The notes under the pieces: generated by a model
Databases searched by the model: none
Told to the model about the DNA's origin: nothing
What the model saw: only the letters and a program-made list of their open reading frames with translations
Assembly: GCA_017499595.2 (NCBI GenBank)
Contig: CM039001.1
Coordinates: 3,906,001 to 3,970,000 of the forward strand
Source: Psilocybe cubensis
Lineage: Eukaryota
DNA length: 64,000 bases
Reading direction: 5' to 3'
In this document: one piece after another, positions 38,923 through 52,480 of the stretch
Numbering within the stretch: position 1 is the stretch's first letter
Layout: each line of letters begins with the position of its first letter
Program-made: the position numbers and the translations under genes

Positions 38923-39627
38923 TACGAGAGCGATGCAAAAGTCAGCGTCAATTCGCGAGCGATGGGGAAGTTAGAGGGGGTAATGGACAAGGAGAACGTT
39001 GCGGACGAAGAGGAGTAACGTCTGCCTGAGAACATCTTCAGCATTGTGCCCCGCGGCGTCCACTGTGCATGCGGTGGTGATAGTAGTCTGACAAGCCTGG
39101 AACGCCATTTGGTAAATCTCCTCATAGCTAACTGATAAGAGTAGGGTTTGACTAAGCTATGTACTGATTAGATTAGATTAACCTCACTATCGTCCAGTGG
39201 TCACGTTCAACCGAAGATCCAGACCTTTTTTAATTAGACTAAGCCGAGCTCCACTGTTAACGGCACTTTGATGCCCAGCGCAACTTATTGCATATTGTAG
39301 GAGGGCAATTACACCAGATTTCACTCTTCGAATGACCCCAATTAGGTCTCATTCAAGCGCTTTTGTGAGTGTCTTTATGCATTGTTCTCTATACAACTTT
39401 GAAGGATATGGGTACCCGCCGAAATGATTAAATATTGGCCACCTTCACCCGACAACCCCACCTGAGCGTTTAAAATTACGGCACGAAAATCACACTTAGC
39501 GCGTCAAATTCAAGGGCGCTGTCATATGTAAGCTGTAGTAATGATATATATCTTGGTAGCTCCGATATAAAAGAACTAGCAGGGTGTATTGTGAAGTGCG
39601 TTTCAGGTTTCCTTCCTTACGATCGCC

Positions 39628-40316
39628 ATGTCTAACGCAGAGAAAGGCAACGTTGTAAGTCTCTATGCCTCTGTTTTTCAAAAAAGAGCTCTTTTTGCTG
39701 ACATTTCAACATCATCTTCTAGACGACTCAGCCTCAGGCTGTGCCTCAGATGGTCATTCCTGGTGGGGGGAACAGAAACGCGTTGAATCTCCCCCTTGAC
39801 AATGAGGGGAAACGAGACTGGAGCTTTGGCCTTTTGGATTGCTTCGGTGACATGAACAAGTGTAATTCCTCGATTTGTTCTTAGAAGATTTATATCCTAA
39901 TTCTTGTTGAAAGGCTGCCTTGCGTGCTGGTGTCCCTGCTTGGCTCACGGTCAAAACAGGCGACGCCTCCAATACCTTAACGTAAACGGCGTACCGGATC
40001 CAGAAAGACGAAGAATTGTTGCTGAAGGAGACAGCGTGCTCTATGCACTCATCGAAGTGGCTTGTGATATGGGCTGGATCCTTCAGGTACGAATCCTTAG
40101 TCATGCATGTGTACCTGCTGATACCTGACGAATGTATCAACTGACTCGCAGATCGAAACGCGTCGCAATATCCGCAACCGCTACAACATTCGCGGAAGCA
40201 CCACTAGTGACTGTTGCGCCCCTTTCTGCTGTCAGGCATGCGATCTTATCCAAGGCAGTCGCGAGATAGAACTTGAGGAGGAGAGCTTTGGGAATGCTCA
40301 GACTCCTCAGAGGTAG
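39628..40316 (+). CDS. PLAC8-family cysteine-rich protein
   Basis: Spliced GGGNRNA...RDWSFGLLDCF...CLACWCPCLAHGQN...RRNIRNRYNIRGS..SDCCAPFCCQACDLIQGSREIELEE. Confidence 0.92.
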
Positions 40317-40754
40317 TCTCCGAGAAGTATCCGTGACATTTAAATATGCGATACACCACTGCGCACCGAATAATTCTATCCCACTGGACGTCTATATAAT
40401 CGATCTACCATCACGTCAATAATTTTACGATTGGTACGATTGGTTCGGTCTGTTGGACGTCAAAATACCATATAAATTGGCCCACAAATTACGAAATGAT
40501 GATAAGTTGAAAACAATATACCTTGAGAGTTAATTAAAGCAATCGTCAGCTATGTCTGAGTCCTGACTTCACGAGTGTCAACCAAATTTTTTTGGTTGAA
40601 CAACGGATACAAATGGCAAGCGAACATGATTGTCAAAGTTGGCGGATCATACTTACGTGTTTGGTTGGGCGTGCAAGCACCTCCGTTAACTTTTTCAAAG
40701 TCCGCGCACGCCGAAAACGTCAGCGATTTTGCTAGTCCTCGATCCAATTCCGTC

Positions 40755-41129
40755 ATGTCCCAAAGCCTCTCCCCAGAATGCACGCCTCTGAAACAAAAAT
40801 ACGACTCATGCTTTAACTCATGGTTTGAAGGATACTTGGAACCCGCTGTTGCTGCCGGCCAATCACCAGAGACGCGTGCTGCATACTCCAAGAAAAAGGC
40901 CGACGAATTCAATCAAAAGTGCGGAAAGGTTTGGGAGGAATATAAATCTTGCATACAGGTGCGAGAGTTGCAATTTTATCTCTTTTTCGATTCCAAGGTG
41001 ACACCTCTTTGGATACAGGTTGCAGTCAAGAACCGTGGATTGGACGCACTATTGCAGCAGGCAAGAGAGGAAAACCCTCTTGTTGACCCCATCCCACCCC
41101 CACCATCTCAGCCCACGAAGTCATCGTAA
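40755..41129 (+). CDS. MDM35: Mitochondrial distribution and morphology protein 35 (TRIAP1 family, twin CX9C)
   Basis: MSQSLSPECTPLKQKYDSCFNSWF...CGKVWEEYKSCIQ; one intron at 40959-41018. Confidence 0.92.
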   Translation: MSQSLSPECTPLKQKYDSCFNSWFEGYLEPAVAAGQSPETRAAYSKKKADEFNQKCGKVWEEYKSCIQVRELQFYLFFDSKVTPLWIQVAVKNRGLDALLQQAREENPLVDPIPPPPSQPTKSS

Positions 41130-41451
41130 CTATTATGGGAATCTGAACGGTTAAAATGTAATATAGGTACGTATTTCATTGTGCTGCAGAGCGCAAACGG
41201 TGTTCCTGACGCGTATTCCGTTCCTAGAGAAAAGCTAATACCCCAACTCCAATAGTGTATAATAGGTAAGCCCTCCTAAAGATGAATTTCTTCCGAAAGT
41301 TCTTACAACTCAGCAGGGAATGATCTAATTGCTATCCATGTTGTCTTGCCGCAGAACACTAATTACTGAACGTATCTTCGAGCAAAACATACGAAGCTTT
41401 CCGCATACGATATATATATCACCATCCAAGTATTCTCTCAAGGATCTTACA

Positions 41452-41990
41452 TTACTGGGATGACCTATGGAAACTTCGACAATCCATTTCTATGAAGTCT
41501 TCGGATATTAAAAGCTCATCACAAATATCAGGTTTTCGGGAAAATACAGCCATTTTCATGAATCCTCTTTCATTCGCTTGCGACTGCGCACCATACCAGC
41601 TCACACGACATATACCTGACTTTTGTTGATCCGTGACCTGACACCTGCGATTCAATATCCGTCGGTTTTCCACGTGTGTTTCTGCATCCTCGACTATCCT
41701 AATGTTTAACCTCTTGATCAAATTCATCCGAATATCCATTTTCAATTTTATTCCCATGTGGTGTTGCTTCGATGGATCTACTTGATCCCCCATGACCGGA
41801 GTAGCGATCATAAACACTTAAATTGGGTATGTCTTGATGTTGTGCAATGTATCATTATCAGTACTCACTTCTCCACCGCCAGTTCAATGAAAATTCCCGT
41901 CCGCGGTCTTCCGGTTTGAACGGTAGATAGAAACTAAGTGTACGGTGTTCAATGTGGTGAAAACTCGCGGACTTGTACGTCCCTGCAATG
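41452..41990 (-). CDS. Possible hypothetical protein or gene remnant
   Basis: A 121-codon ORF is joined in frame to an upstream exon via a GTGAGT...TAAG intron. No family recognised and no start codon located. Confidence 0.3.
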
Positions 41991-42399
41991 GTATGTCTGT
42001 AACTCGATCTTTGCACAGCTGCTTATCATGGATGCCACTGTCGATGCTGTTCTCCACCGACAATATAAATTCCTTTTTGGTCCATCGTGTTTAGGCAATT
42101 CAGTTCAATAATCTCCTAGATGTCTATCGAGTCCGTCACGAAACTACATCTGCATGCGGAGTGTCGAGTGCATTTTTCAAAGCAGGTCTCTGACAAAATT
42201 TAACTATATACGAGTAATAAGCGAAAGGACCCTCCGTATAATCCACAGGAGCGATTGGTACACCATCTACCCAACTCTGAAGACGGACGGCATCGCAACT
42301 CTGCCAATCATGAACCCATGATGATTAACAATGCTCCTCTTCGATTTTCGGTTATCCTACACTTTTCTGCTCGTTCTGTTTCGCTACTTGTAAGAAAGA

Positions 42400-43040
42400 A
42401 GGGTAACGGACACAACATCCAAGCGATGAGTGTTTATGCGCGTTTCTCGGGATTTTGATCATAATCTGGTACGAAATGGGACCAAAAGTTCTCGCTTGTG
42501 CTTGTACTTTCCCAAATGAGATTGAGCCCAGTCAGCACAACACGGCAAACTTGTGGGTGTTCTGGAGTCTGTACGGGGTTTATTATTGTTAATCATTTAG
42601 TTTTATTCATAGAAAGACAATCCCAAGATCATCGCTCGGTTAACATCCGCCTGGTACATAATCGGCTAGGTTTGTGCCCTTCTTTTCTGCGTTGGGGTTA
42701 CAGAACGAGATTTATGGGATGACTGTCTACTTTAGGCATGGGTTGGTCGTTGCTTGCCGTGTCGGTAAGCTTATGTGCTACCGCCAACTTTACACCCCCC
42801 CTCCAACAAGCGATGCAAGATAAGGTCATCTTTATGGCTGAATGGAACGTTATCGGCATGGTTATTGCGTACGCAATGGCACATATCGGCCGTCCAACAT
42901 CGGGTTTCGAGGCTTGCAGGGATGTATGTCTTCTCAGTATCTCTTATCCCACTGTATGTTAATCTTTTCGTAAAATGAATCTCGCAATGTGAACTTCTTG
43001 CCGATCCCCACTCCCCATCTATGTGCTCGGTTGACTGGAA
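42400..43040 (+). CDS. Possible multi-exon hypothetical protein
   Basis: Short segments bounded by GT/AG can be joined as ...HGKLVGVLES-KDNPKIIARLTSAW-HGLVVACRV-AMQDKVIFMAEWNVIGMVIAYAMAHIGRPTSGFEACRD. Both ends are uncertain. Confidence 0.35.
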
Positions 43041-43770
43041 GTCAAGGGTCATAGTCGTATATGCGGATGTCCTGGACAGATCGAAATCCATGTTAACGTA
43101 TGTCCCTGTTTCGAACATTCATCGACTATAGCTGAATCACATATTGACTACTTAAAAATTCTTACACTTGTTACATGCTAAATTCACAACGCACATTTCT
43201 ACTTCTATCATCAATTATCCTTCCGTTCCCATATTCCAATTACTAATGTGGTATATCTGGTATCTAGCTGACATCAATACATGGATATGTGCTGGGTTTC
43301 TCACTGCATACCAGTGATGGTACACCAGACTGTCCTACTTCCGTCACAAACCGTAGGGCTCATCTCATCTCGGATTGGATGCACGCAGCATTTGTAGCAG
43401 TTTTCCCGTAAGATTTAAGGTAACACAGGGCGACAGCGCCTCAGCTTGTGTAACAGGCGGTTCTTCCTCGTGTTCAAAAACCGGAGTCTGTAATAAGGAG
43501 GTCGAGTGGCAATCGTGCTTGCACGAAAGGTAACAACTAACGAAATACTCAGGAAAGACTTGACATAATGCATAAAAATTTTGTAGAGAGGGCTTTAATG
43601 GCTAAAGGTAGTATGCTACAGTACAAATGTGGATTATCCTGTAATGGTGCCTCTATCATGATTCGAGCCATTTCAGGATCGGACTGAAAACCTTCAACAC
43701 CTGCAGATACCACTCGCGTTTTTGGTCACCAATATTCATGGCGAAATTTTCAATACCCGTATAGAATCAA

Positions 43771-45658
43771 TCATACTTTGACCTTTCTCTTCGAAGTCGA
43801 AATGAAAAGCAAAATAACACCGCCCAGCATGGTTCCTACCCCCATACATCCTGGAAATCCAACGTAAATTATCACGCTGACAGTGATAAAGCGGATAGGA
43901 TCGGCGTACCGACAAACAATTCGACCTTCCTAAACCCAAATCCGCCATAGGTCGCTTTCGACTTGTCGCTACTGTTGCGAAGCGAGGCAGCGATGATGGG
44001 GCCCACAATGGACATCACTCCCTCTACACCGGTGAAGCATCCAAATGCAATGTTCGTGATATGGTTATGGTTTCCACCTATCTCTGACGCCGCCGCTGGC
44101 CATATACCTGGAAATGCGCCTCCCTGAAGAGCACTGATGAATATGAAAGCGTACAAATGAAGACACCGTTAGAGATTTAATCACTCACAAACCCACCGAA
44201 CACCGTTGCAAATGCAAATATCCATGCGAGCGACGATGCGAACCCCCAGAACACAAAGGCCGCTAAGGCACAACCAATACCACTGGCCATTATGACGTAT
44301 GCATATGGATATGAGTCAGAGAACCTCCCGAAGAGGATGAGGAAAAGTACAGATGCTGCGTTGAATAGAGCCAGAACCAATCGAGACGGAAGCACTGCTG
44401 ACGACAGAGACGAGGTGTATGTTGGTATGAATAAACTGACAGGAAAGAAACCTAGTGCCTGGACAATTGTTATTCCAATCTATATAAATTTCTATCAGCA
44501 TAACCGCTGGTCAATTACTGACCGCCCACGCACAACCACGAAGAGTACTGGGTTCTTCAGAAGCGATAAGTCACTTGGAAGCCAAGGTTGGCGAGGATGT
44601 TCTTCGCTCGGCCTGCGTATTGGTACTCTCGGCTTGAGTCCTATCAGCGCAATGACCAAGCATACTCCAAAGGTAAGCGCCCATATCCTATGGTGCAATC
44701 ATTCTCCTGTCAGGTAGACTTCGGTGATCGACATACCTCAGAGTCCATCTAAATCCTACATGTTCTAGCAGGTATCCCATCATAAGCGGGAAAATAAAGC
44801 CTCCTACTCCCGAGCCACAGAATATGATTCCTGTGGCAAGGCCACGTCTGTTGATGAACCATTCGGGCAGCCACACCATGACGGGAGAGTAAAGAAATCC
44901 GGCGCTGATACCGAAAACAACCCCCTGCAGTACGATCATATGCCATGTCTGATTTCAGGAGCATGAGGGTGTATGTGTCTGATATGGTTGGGAATATATA
45001 CCTTGGTCGCAAAGCTAGATAACAAGAGCGCTGCGATGCAAATGAAGAGCGATAAGTACATCCCAGGCCTTGCAAACTCGGGGTATCGCTGATACACTAG
45101 AGAGACTTAGTCAATTTTATTGCTTGCAGAGCTTCCCCAGTTACACACATATAATTATAAACACCAGCTCTATAAATTGAATACCGAGGGACGCGGTCCC
45201 AATGGTTGATATTGCAGCTGCAGACGACTTGTTGAAAGGCGGGTTCGATGAGTAGTATTCTTCCCAATACATCATAAAGTCAGTATATAAACAGCCCCAA
45301 GGTACTATCCTGCCTACCTTGAAAGATCCCGTACGTGTTGTTCCAACCCCAGATACAAACTTCAAAAGCAAAAGCGGAGAAGCAGAACAACCATGCACCC
45401 CATCCCTATCATGAAAGTGTAATCATCAATCGGACTGGATAGTTATATGAGAAACAAGAAGAGGGCGGCAACCTCGTCAACTGGCGGAGCAGAATGGGGC
45501 ATTACAAGCGATTGGAAGTCAAGTTGATCGCGTTGTTCATGTAGGTCTGCTTTATTACCATCTGCAGCTGGTGATTGTACATTTCGTTCTCTCCTGTGAA
45601 CTTGAACACCAGAGGGATTCGATGATTGTCGATGAAGTTCTTCTAATGCATACTCCAT
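43771..45658 (-). CDS. MFS transporter, monocarboxylate-permease (Mch-like) family
   Basis: Hydrophobic exons with LQGVVFGISAGFLYSP..WLPEWF.NRRGLATGIIFCGSGVGG, FGRFSD and SIVGPIIAASL. Confidence 0.9.
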
Positions 45659-46642
45659 ACTTTGACAGGGGTGTTGCAACACGACAGTCTGACCGCCCGT
45701 GTCTTTTATATCGTTTCATGGTGATATCGGTTACAGGATTCCCGCGCCAATTATACGTTCTTCAATGCCGTCAAACTTGCACCTATTGGTGATCCATTTC
45801 TACATTTCCCAGAACCAGGATCAATATCAAATTTCTATTCAACAAAATACATGAAAAAATTTGTGATGAGAAATTTGGGAGAGGAGTGAGATCCAGTCAC
45901 ACAATCAAAGCTACCATACGAGTTGGATGTCGGAGGAATTTGAAATGACATCATCAAGTAGAACGCGATCACTGACCTTAGACTCGATATAGAGAAGAGG
46001 AGCACTGCTCCCCAGTCGTTAGAAGTGTGTGCGCGATGTATCATACTCTATGAACTTAAATACAATCAGACCCCCAAGTTTTACCATGTTGAAGAGAGCG
46101 ATGGCGTTGAAGGCACAGAGCTGCCAATTGGTGAGTTACCGTGAGAAAAATCATCTTGAGACATTTATTCCCATCACATGACCCAGCCCCAAACGCGTCA
46201 TAGTAAACCGTGGTTCAACTAACCACTCATATCGTGCAATCCGCGTAGATAGATACAACGCGTCATATATAAGTTAGTCTACTTAGTAGGTTCCTTGTAT
46301 GTGTAAACCGATAGTGTCTAGAGTAAGAAGATCAACCGATGCTCCAATGATATCGTCCAGCAACCCACAAAACGCAAAATTGCCATTTCAGAAAATGAAC
46401 ATACAGCAAATGCCTAGGCTATTTTTGGCGGAAAAAAATTCTAGCCTCTTTTCCAATTCTGAGCGCTCGGCGCCCACGCCCAGATCAGCCAATATCCGCT
46501 TTTATGGTTACTGCATCCCAGAGAATAGGTTTGGAAGAGGCCTGATATTGTTGCCCAAAGCTGCTTTGAGGTTCGACCATGTTTTGAAATAACTAATTCT
46601 CAGTGGCAACAATGCTAGCAGATCCCATCAGCGCAGGTCACA

Positions 46643-48006
46643 ATGCTTCCATCTTTTCTTGGTTCAGGTTTCCTGTCATCTGGCCAAGGACTGGCGACGC
46701 ATCATATTCGAACATTACGACAACCCCGTACCTTATTACCGAAAAAGGTATGGACGCGGACTGAGAACCTCCGCTTTGCCCATAAATGGGCAGAATTTGT
46801 ACGTTCCCGCCTTTGTTTGTCAACCTTACTCGGGAAACATGAACCATATTCGAATGGGATTGTGACTCATATGTGGACTCGAAGAGATACCCGACACTAC
46901 GGTAGGCCTAGAACAGTAAGAGGGCGGTATGCCGCCCCGACCAGAAACCCCGCCCTGCGCCAAATAGGGCCCATTTTGTTGATGTCGGTCAAACAACTGC
47001 GCCCTATAAGAGCGCATCCCGACGGATATGACTCACACAGGCAATCCCGCCGCCTAGCACCCTGTATCCCTCTCACAGCCTACACCACCCGCTAGCCCAC
47101 AGTCGTCCCATACATATCGCATCATCATGAATCATTCCACCAACGTCGGGGTATCTTCCGCGTGGACCCTGTCGTCTAGTAGTTCCTGGGGTACTGCTTC
47201 CGCCTCAGGATATTCTGATTGTGATTCCTCCTCTCAGTCCTGGGGAGTCGATAGGGGCAAGACACCATTCGGCAGTGTGTCCAGTGTCAGCTTAGGCCCG
47301 TCGGGGTCGACGACGAGTGTCCCATCGCCGTGGGGCTCTCAAGCAACCCTCGTCAATGGAGGGCACGCATTGCCGCCAGAGGCCTCGTCGTCGTATAGTT
47401 ATACGCGATATCCAGGGCCTTCACTGTCTACGGCGTCGACGACGACTTTGGTAAATCCACCTGTTGGTGTACAAGGTGATGTTGATCTTTCCCGAAATGA
47501 AAAGTTCAACATTGGCTGATCGATTGATACCCGATGTAGGCCTTTCCCATCTGGGTTATCCGACTCATTTACCTGAGCGGTCACCTCACCTCTATCTTCA
47601 TCCCTCCCTGCAAGACTCGCGCCTATGCATCGACTTTGCCCGTCCTTTGCCAAAGTTTGCACCGAAGAATCTACAGTTTTCAGGTTTTAATCCTAGTATC
47701 ACTTACATGGATGTACATTTTGAAGGTTTCCCTTACTGGACCCTAAGAATTCACACACATCATGCGCTGACGATGTGGGATATAATCAGCCACATTCACT
47801 ACCATCTCCAATCTGTGGATATAGAAGCAACGTCAGCAAATCAAAGAACCACACATAATGTGTTGCATGCTAGAAATCACAATTTGAATCCTGCGGTGCA
47901 CGGCGCTGGGGTCAGGCGCATTGATGCACTGGGCCGCAGAACTAAATTTGCAGGCTTCAAGCCTACTGGTGGCGCCAATGGCTGGATTATCTACTTTTCA
48001 AACTGA
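46643..48006 (+). CDS. Hypothetical protein with Ser-rich region and DUF6699-like C-terminus
   Basis: ORFs 47127-47519 and 47464-48006 can be joined by an intron. C-terminus has FPYWTLRI..LTMWDII..I...L and GVRRIDALGRRTKFAGF. The 5' end is uncertain. Confidence 0.6.
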
Positions 48007-48708
48007 AATATGGCATCACGGAAGACTTTCTCACTTATACCCAAAGTCACAGTGCGGATAGCACATATTATCTGCATACCTGTTGCGCATATCCTCCACT
48101 CAACATTCAAAAGTTGAAATAGTCACCATACCACTTGGCACTATGACCGCCTAAGCTATACTTGTGCACGCGCCTCAGCTTTCTTGTTTTCAAAGTTTGT
48201 TGTTAACCACTTCTCAGGTACCCCATCTCTCAAAGTTAATTTATCGCTCAGAATCAAATTCGAACATTGTTGTACATCATACCCATAAATAACATTCTGT
48301 AGCCGGACTTTGTACGTTAGACTGAGAGAACTTTTCCCTATACATACCCTTGAACAATGATTGCTTTCATATGAGATATGTGAAAGCGGATACTACCTCC
48401 TCAATACGAAATGGTTGTGGTGGGGAATCGATCTTGGACAAAGGCAACGGTCTTCTCATCATATATTGAGTCAAAAATACCGCTGATGGTCAATAAGAAC
48501 GTCTGGTGTTGATGATAGTAGGCGTATCAGTAAAATCTGGTTTCTCACAAAGTATGTTGTTACTTACGATGATTGATGTTTTAGATTCACCTGTGCTTGA
48601 CTACGTCGGCATATAAGTGATCACAATCCCAAAGTTTCCATTATGAACGTCAACACCTTTCTTGCCTTTTCCAAACGTTTTCGGTAGTCTATAGACATAA
48701 CTGTCTAG

Positions 48709-50355
48709 ATGTCTCTCCCCGACACCGTTATTATCGACGATAGCGATCCCAGCGTCGTTTACGAGGAGGGAAAATGGGTGACGGATACTTCCTCCCTGAA
48801 TTACACAGTTAACGGCAGGCCGTTCAACAACACAGTTCATACCACTTTCCAACGGGCATTTTTTACAATAACATTTCAAGGTTAGATTTACTGCTCCTAT
48901 CTTTTTATCATTAAATTCAATAGGAAATTCAGGAAATGAAATCGACCTGTGGGGACTCTCATCGTCTCCAGATGTATGGGTTGACCACCCAGACGTAGAA
49001 GATGCACGTCTTGCATCAGATATACCGTATAATGGTTCACTGTATGGTGTTTCAACAGTTCCAGTTTCTAATTGGTCACCAACGTTTGGAGTAAGAGCTG
49101 CTCCTCGGGAACAGCCACGTTTTCGCTTCTGTGTCGGATATTATCAGTCTGTGGGATGGGTGTCAGGTACAATATACAGTCTGAGAGTTACAGTCAATGG
49201 GACCGAAGACAACCCAGTCTCATTTGATTTCGCCAGATTCGCCCCTGCAGGGTTTTCAAAACCGGAGGAAATGACGACGGGGGTTATGGAGTATATATTT
49301 CATAGCAATGGCGGATACGGAGGGAATAACGAGGCTCATCCGGAGGATTGGGAAAACCCTTATTTATTCAACATAACAACATCAGATGCTCCCTATACAT
49401 TCAATTTTACAGGTGCGCTCCTTATTTTCTTAATGGTTATTTTCCTATACTTATTTCAACGTTAGGTACATCAGTTGCTGGACTGGGTGGAAATGGAATA
49501 AATGATTCGCACATACCAGCTATGGCATCATATTCCATAGATGGCGGAGACCCCGCCAATTTTACAGTCAATAATTTAGCAACGTCAGTACTAAATACCA
49601 TAAAGGGGCAGACAATATTTCAAACCCACCAAGTACCGCCTGGAGACCACAGCATTAAGATTGTCTATCACGGAAATAGCACCACTACCCCACTCTCTCT
49701 ATCATCCCTCCTTGTGACCGGCGCACAAAGAATTCTGAGCGTCGACCCCCCTCCACCAGGGCAATCGTCGTCATCTATGGTTCCACAACCGTCTCCTACG
49801 ACTCGTATACCACCAATTGCACATCATAAAGCATCGCCCAGAGGGGGTATTTCACGAATACCAGTCATTGCAATTTCAATATCTGTCTGCATCGTGGTCG
49901 CACTGTTATGCTTCATAGGATTCTTGCTTTACCGGAGGAGACAACGTCGCCTGAAATCAAAGCGCTTTTCCTCTTACAGTATTGATCCTGGTCCTGTTGC
50001 GATGGCAATTGTTCCATTCCTCGATTATTCTGCTGTTTCACTACTTAACGAAGACTCGGATGGCGAGGTTTCTAAGAATACAAGCTTCAGTATCCCTGGG
50101 GAATCACAAGCACAGGCCGGCGCGCTAGTGGAAACCCAGAGAGCTTTGTCACCTTTACCAGCATCATTGGCACTCGTTCGAGTTGTTACCCGAGTACATG
50201 AGGACAGTGGGTTATTACCTTTTCGGCCAGAGGGGCAGGTGGTAGTAGTAGACATTCCACCATCATACACAAGCTTAGGTGACCAAGCTCAGAGGGAAGA
50301 TGTGCATGGAGAAGTAGTTCATTTATTGAAACCCTGTCCAAGCTATGACTCGTAG
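48709..50355 (+). CDS. Single-pass membrane protein with N-terminal beta-sandwich-like ('IIDD.DP') domains
   Basis: MSLPDTVIIDDSDPSVVY..., FNFTGTSV, ASYSIDGG, GDHSIKIVY, a Pro/Ser linker, a TM helix followed by RRRQRR, and C-terminal HEDSG and PPSY motifs typical of this agaric family. Confidence 0.8.
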
Positions 50356-51699
50356 CTAGAATATGTATAATAGTGTGGTAGTTATTGTCTGTGGGCGCAA
50401 GCTAGTCTTTAGGTACAACCATGATTTGGATATACCCTGTTGTTGAGTCTATTCCTTCACTATTACGTACGAATGTCTATGGTACGGTATATTAAGTGTG
50501 AGCCAGTACATTATATAAACTGCATAAGAAGTCCATTACTAAAATCCTTGACATAAATAAGGCCTTTTTTATGACTTCAGAGAGTCCCAGAAGCACCGTG
50601 CTTCAGAGGCCATTTAGTACGTGCTTAAATGCGAACGAGATTATCGGTCAATAGGCCACAGGATTTCATAAGGTAAATTATTAATCATTAAACAATAGTA
50701 GATTGGCAGATCGAAAGATTTAAGAACTTCTATCATGGACAAAATTGCTTGTATTTTGGGACACGATAATCGATTGCCTTCGTTGGTATGGAAAGCGAGA
50801 CTGTCAAGCCTCAAAAGCCGTTGCCAAACATCATCGGGTTGTCAAGCCGTGCACGCTTGGCAAACTCTCGGCAAGCAAAGACCCTGTGCACCTGGAGCCG
50901 CCAAAAAATAGTTAGAATTTGATAAGATCAGGTCATCTATAGTAGTATACTATATGTACACAATTTTTCCGCTACGTGGTGTGCATATAGAGAGCATCCA
51001 TGGAAAAATCAGGGATGTGGTGCTCCCGCGCAGCTTGTGCACCGTTTCAACTCTTGTCGGAGTTAGATAGGAGTCAAAATATCAGCGGCCCGCCCGTGGG
51101 ACTTGGTGTAAAATGTTTACTTTTAATCGCGCGCAACCTGGATGGTGCAGGAAACATGGAGGGGCACACTGAAAAATGAGACGAAGCTCCCGTGGGAATG
51201 GATCAAGGACAGCAGAGGAGTTTTAGTGGGTATTGATCCAGTTAAGGATGATGGCAGAGCCAGAGGTAGGACGACCTACCACACGCCCATCACCTGAAAA
51301 CGCCGTTATAACGGGCCGGATTAGAGTCCCACACTAAGTGCTTAAATGCATTTCTTCTCGGTGATTTCCATATATTTAAATACTGTTCTACTGACATCGA
51401 GGTGTAATCCCTCGAAAAACACAAGCGGGCTGCAAGGCAATGACTAGGTCGCTGCCGACCAGCCGATAACGCTCCACCAAAAAAAAAAAAAAAAAAAAAA
51501 AAAACATCGCGCGCAACCCAATAACGTCGTAAAAAGTTCAATCCCCTTCACAGAACCATTTAATAACATTTTTTGGCAGTTGTATAGATGTACTAGACCC
51601 TATAAAGCAGTTTCTATCAGAGATCATGTCTGAAATTGAGACTGTCACGTTAGCTCTATATCAGTACATCGTCCCCTTCATTTCCCTCGTTCTCGTCAT

Positions 51700-52480
51700 C
51701 TGTAAACTGAATTTTGTCGAACTACATCTCTCCATCGCTTTCATCTATCCCGACAAGTACTCTGTAATGCTCGTTATCTAGTAAACAGTTAGATATAGAG
51801 AAAACATATTATGATCAAGCTCACCTAGCCCCAAACCAATGTTAACCCCGCCCATGTAATGGGTTTCTTCATTCCACCAAACAGATCCTCTCCTTGAGGC
51901 TTAGAAAAATTCCTATATTAAACCACCAAGACTGAGGCGAATTCAAAGGAATTCATTGAGGAAAACACCTGGCAGTGTGTTTGATCGACTGCCGCTCACA
52001 CAGTAACCCTGCCCCACAGGTAATTCTTGGTGTTACCGAATGAACGGAAGTCTTTCAAAATAACACCCTGCCTTTGGTGGTCCAGATCGTTGTCACAGTT
52101 TAGTAAGCACAAGAAGCTTTCAAGCCCCGTTAGCCAGTCAGATGGTCTGAAATCATTGTCTTTATAGCCACAACAGGGCATATATGGAATATGGGATCTT
52201 TTAGATGGATCATGTGAAAGGGAAACCACAACTTTTCCGGCTGTGGGATCATAGACGTGGTAATCAAGAAGTTTATTGTTAAAAGATTGAACACAGTATA
52301 TAAAAGGTCACCGGTCAAGTCCCGTATATTATCTACTATGAAAGGGATTAAATCCACATGCATTTTTTTGAGCACTTTGGGCATCCCAACTATGAAGAAA
52401 ACCTTCCCGATTACTGTTCAAATGGTTCCAAATATATAAATTATGTTACGGATACTGAAACATGTGGTATACATAGCAGG
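51700..52480 (-). pseudogene. Possible degraded gene
   Basis: Overlapping coding-like ORFs in shifted frames (52130-52384, 51996-52229) plus splice-like signals. No intact frame and no family recognised. Confidence 0.25.
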
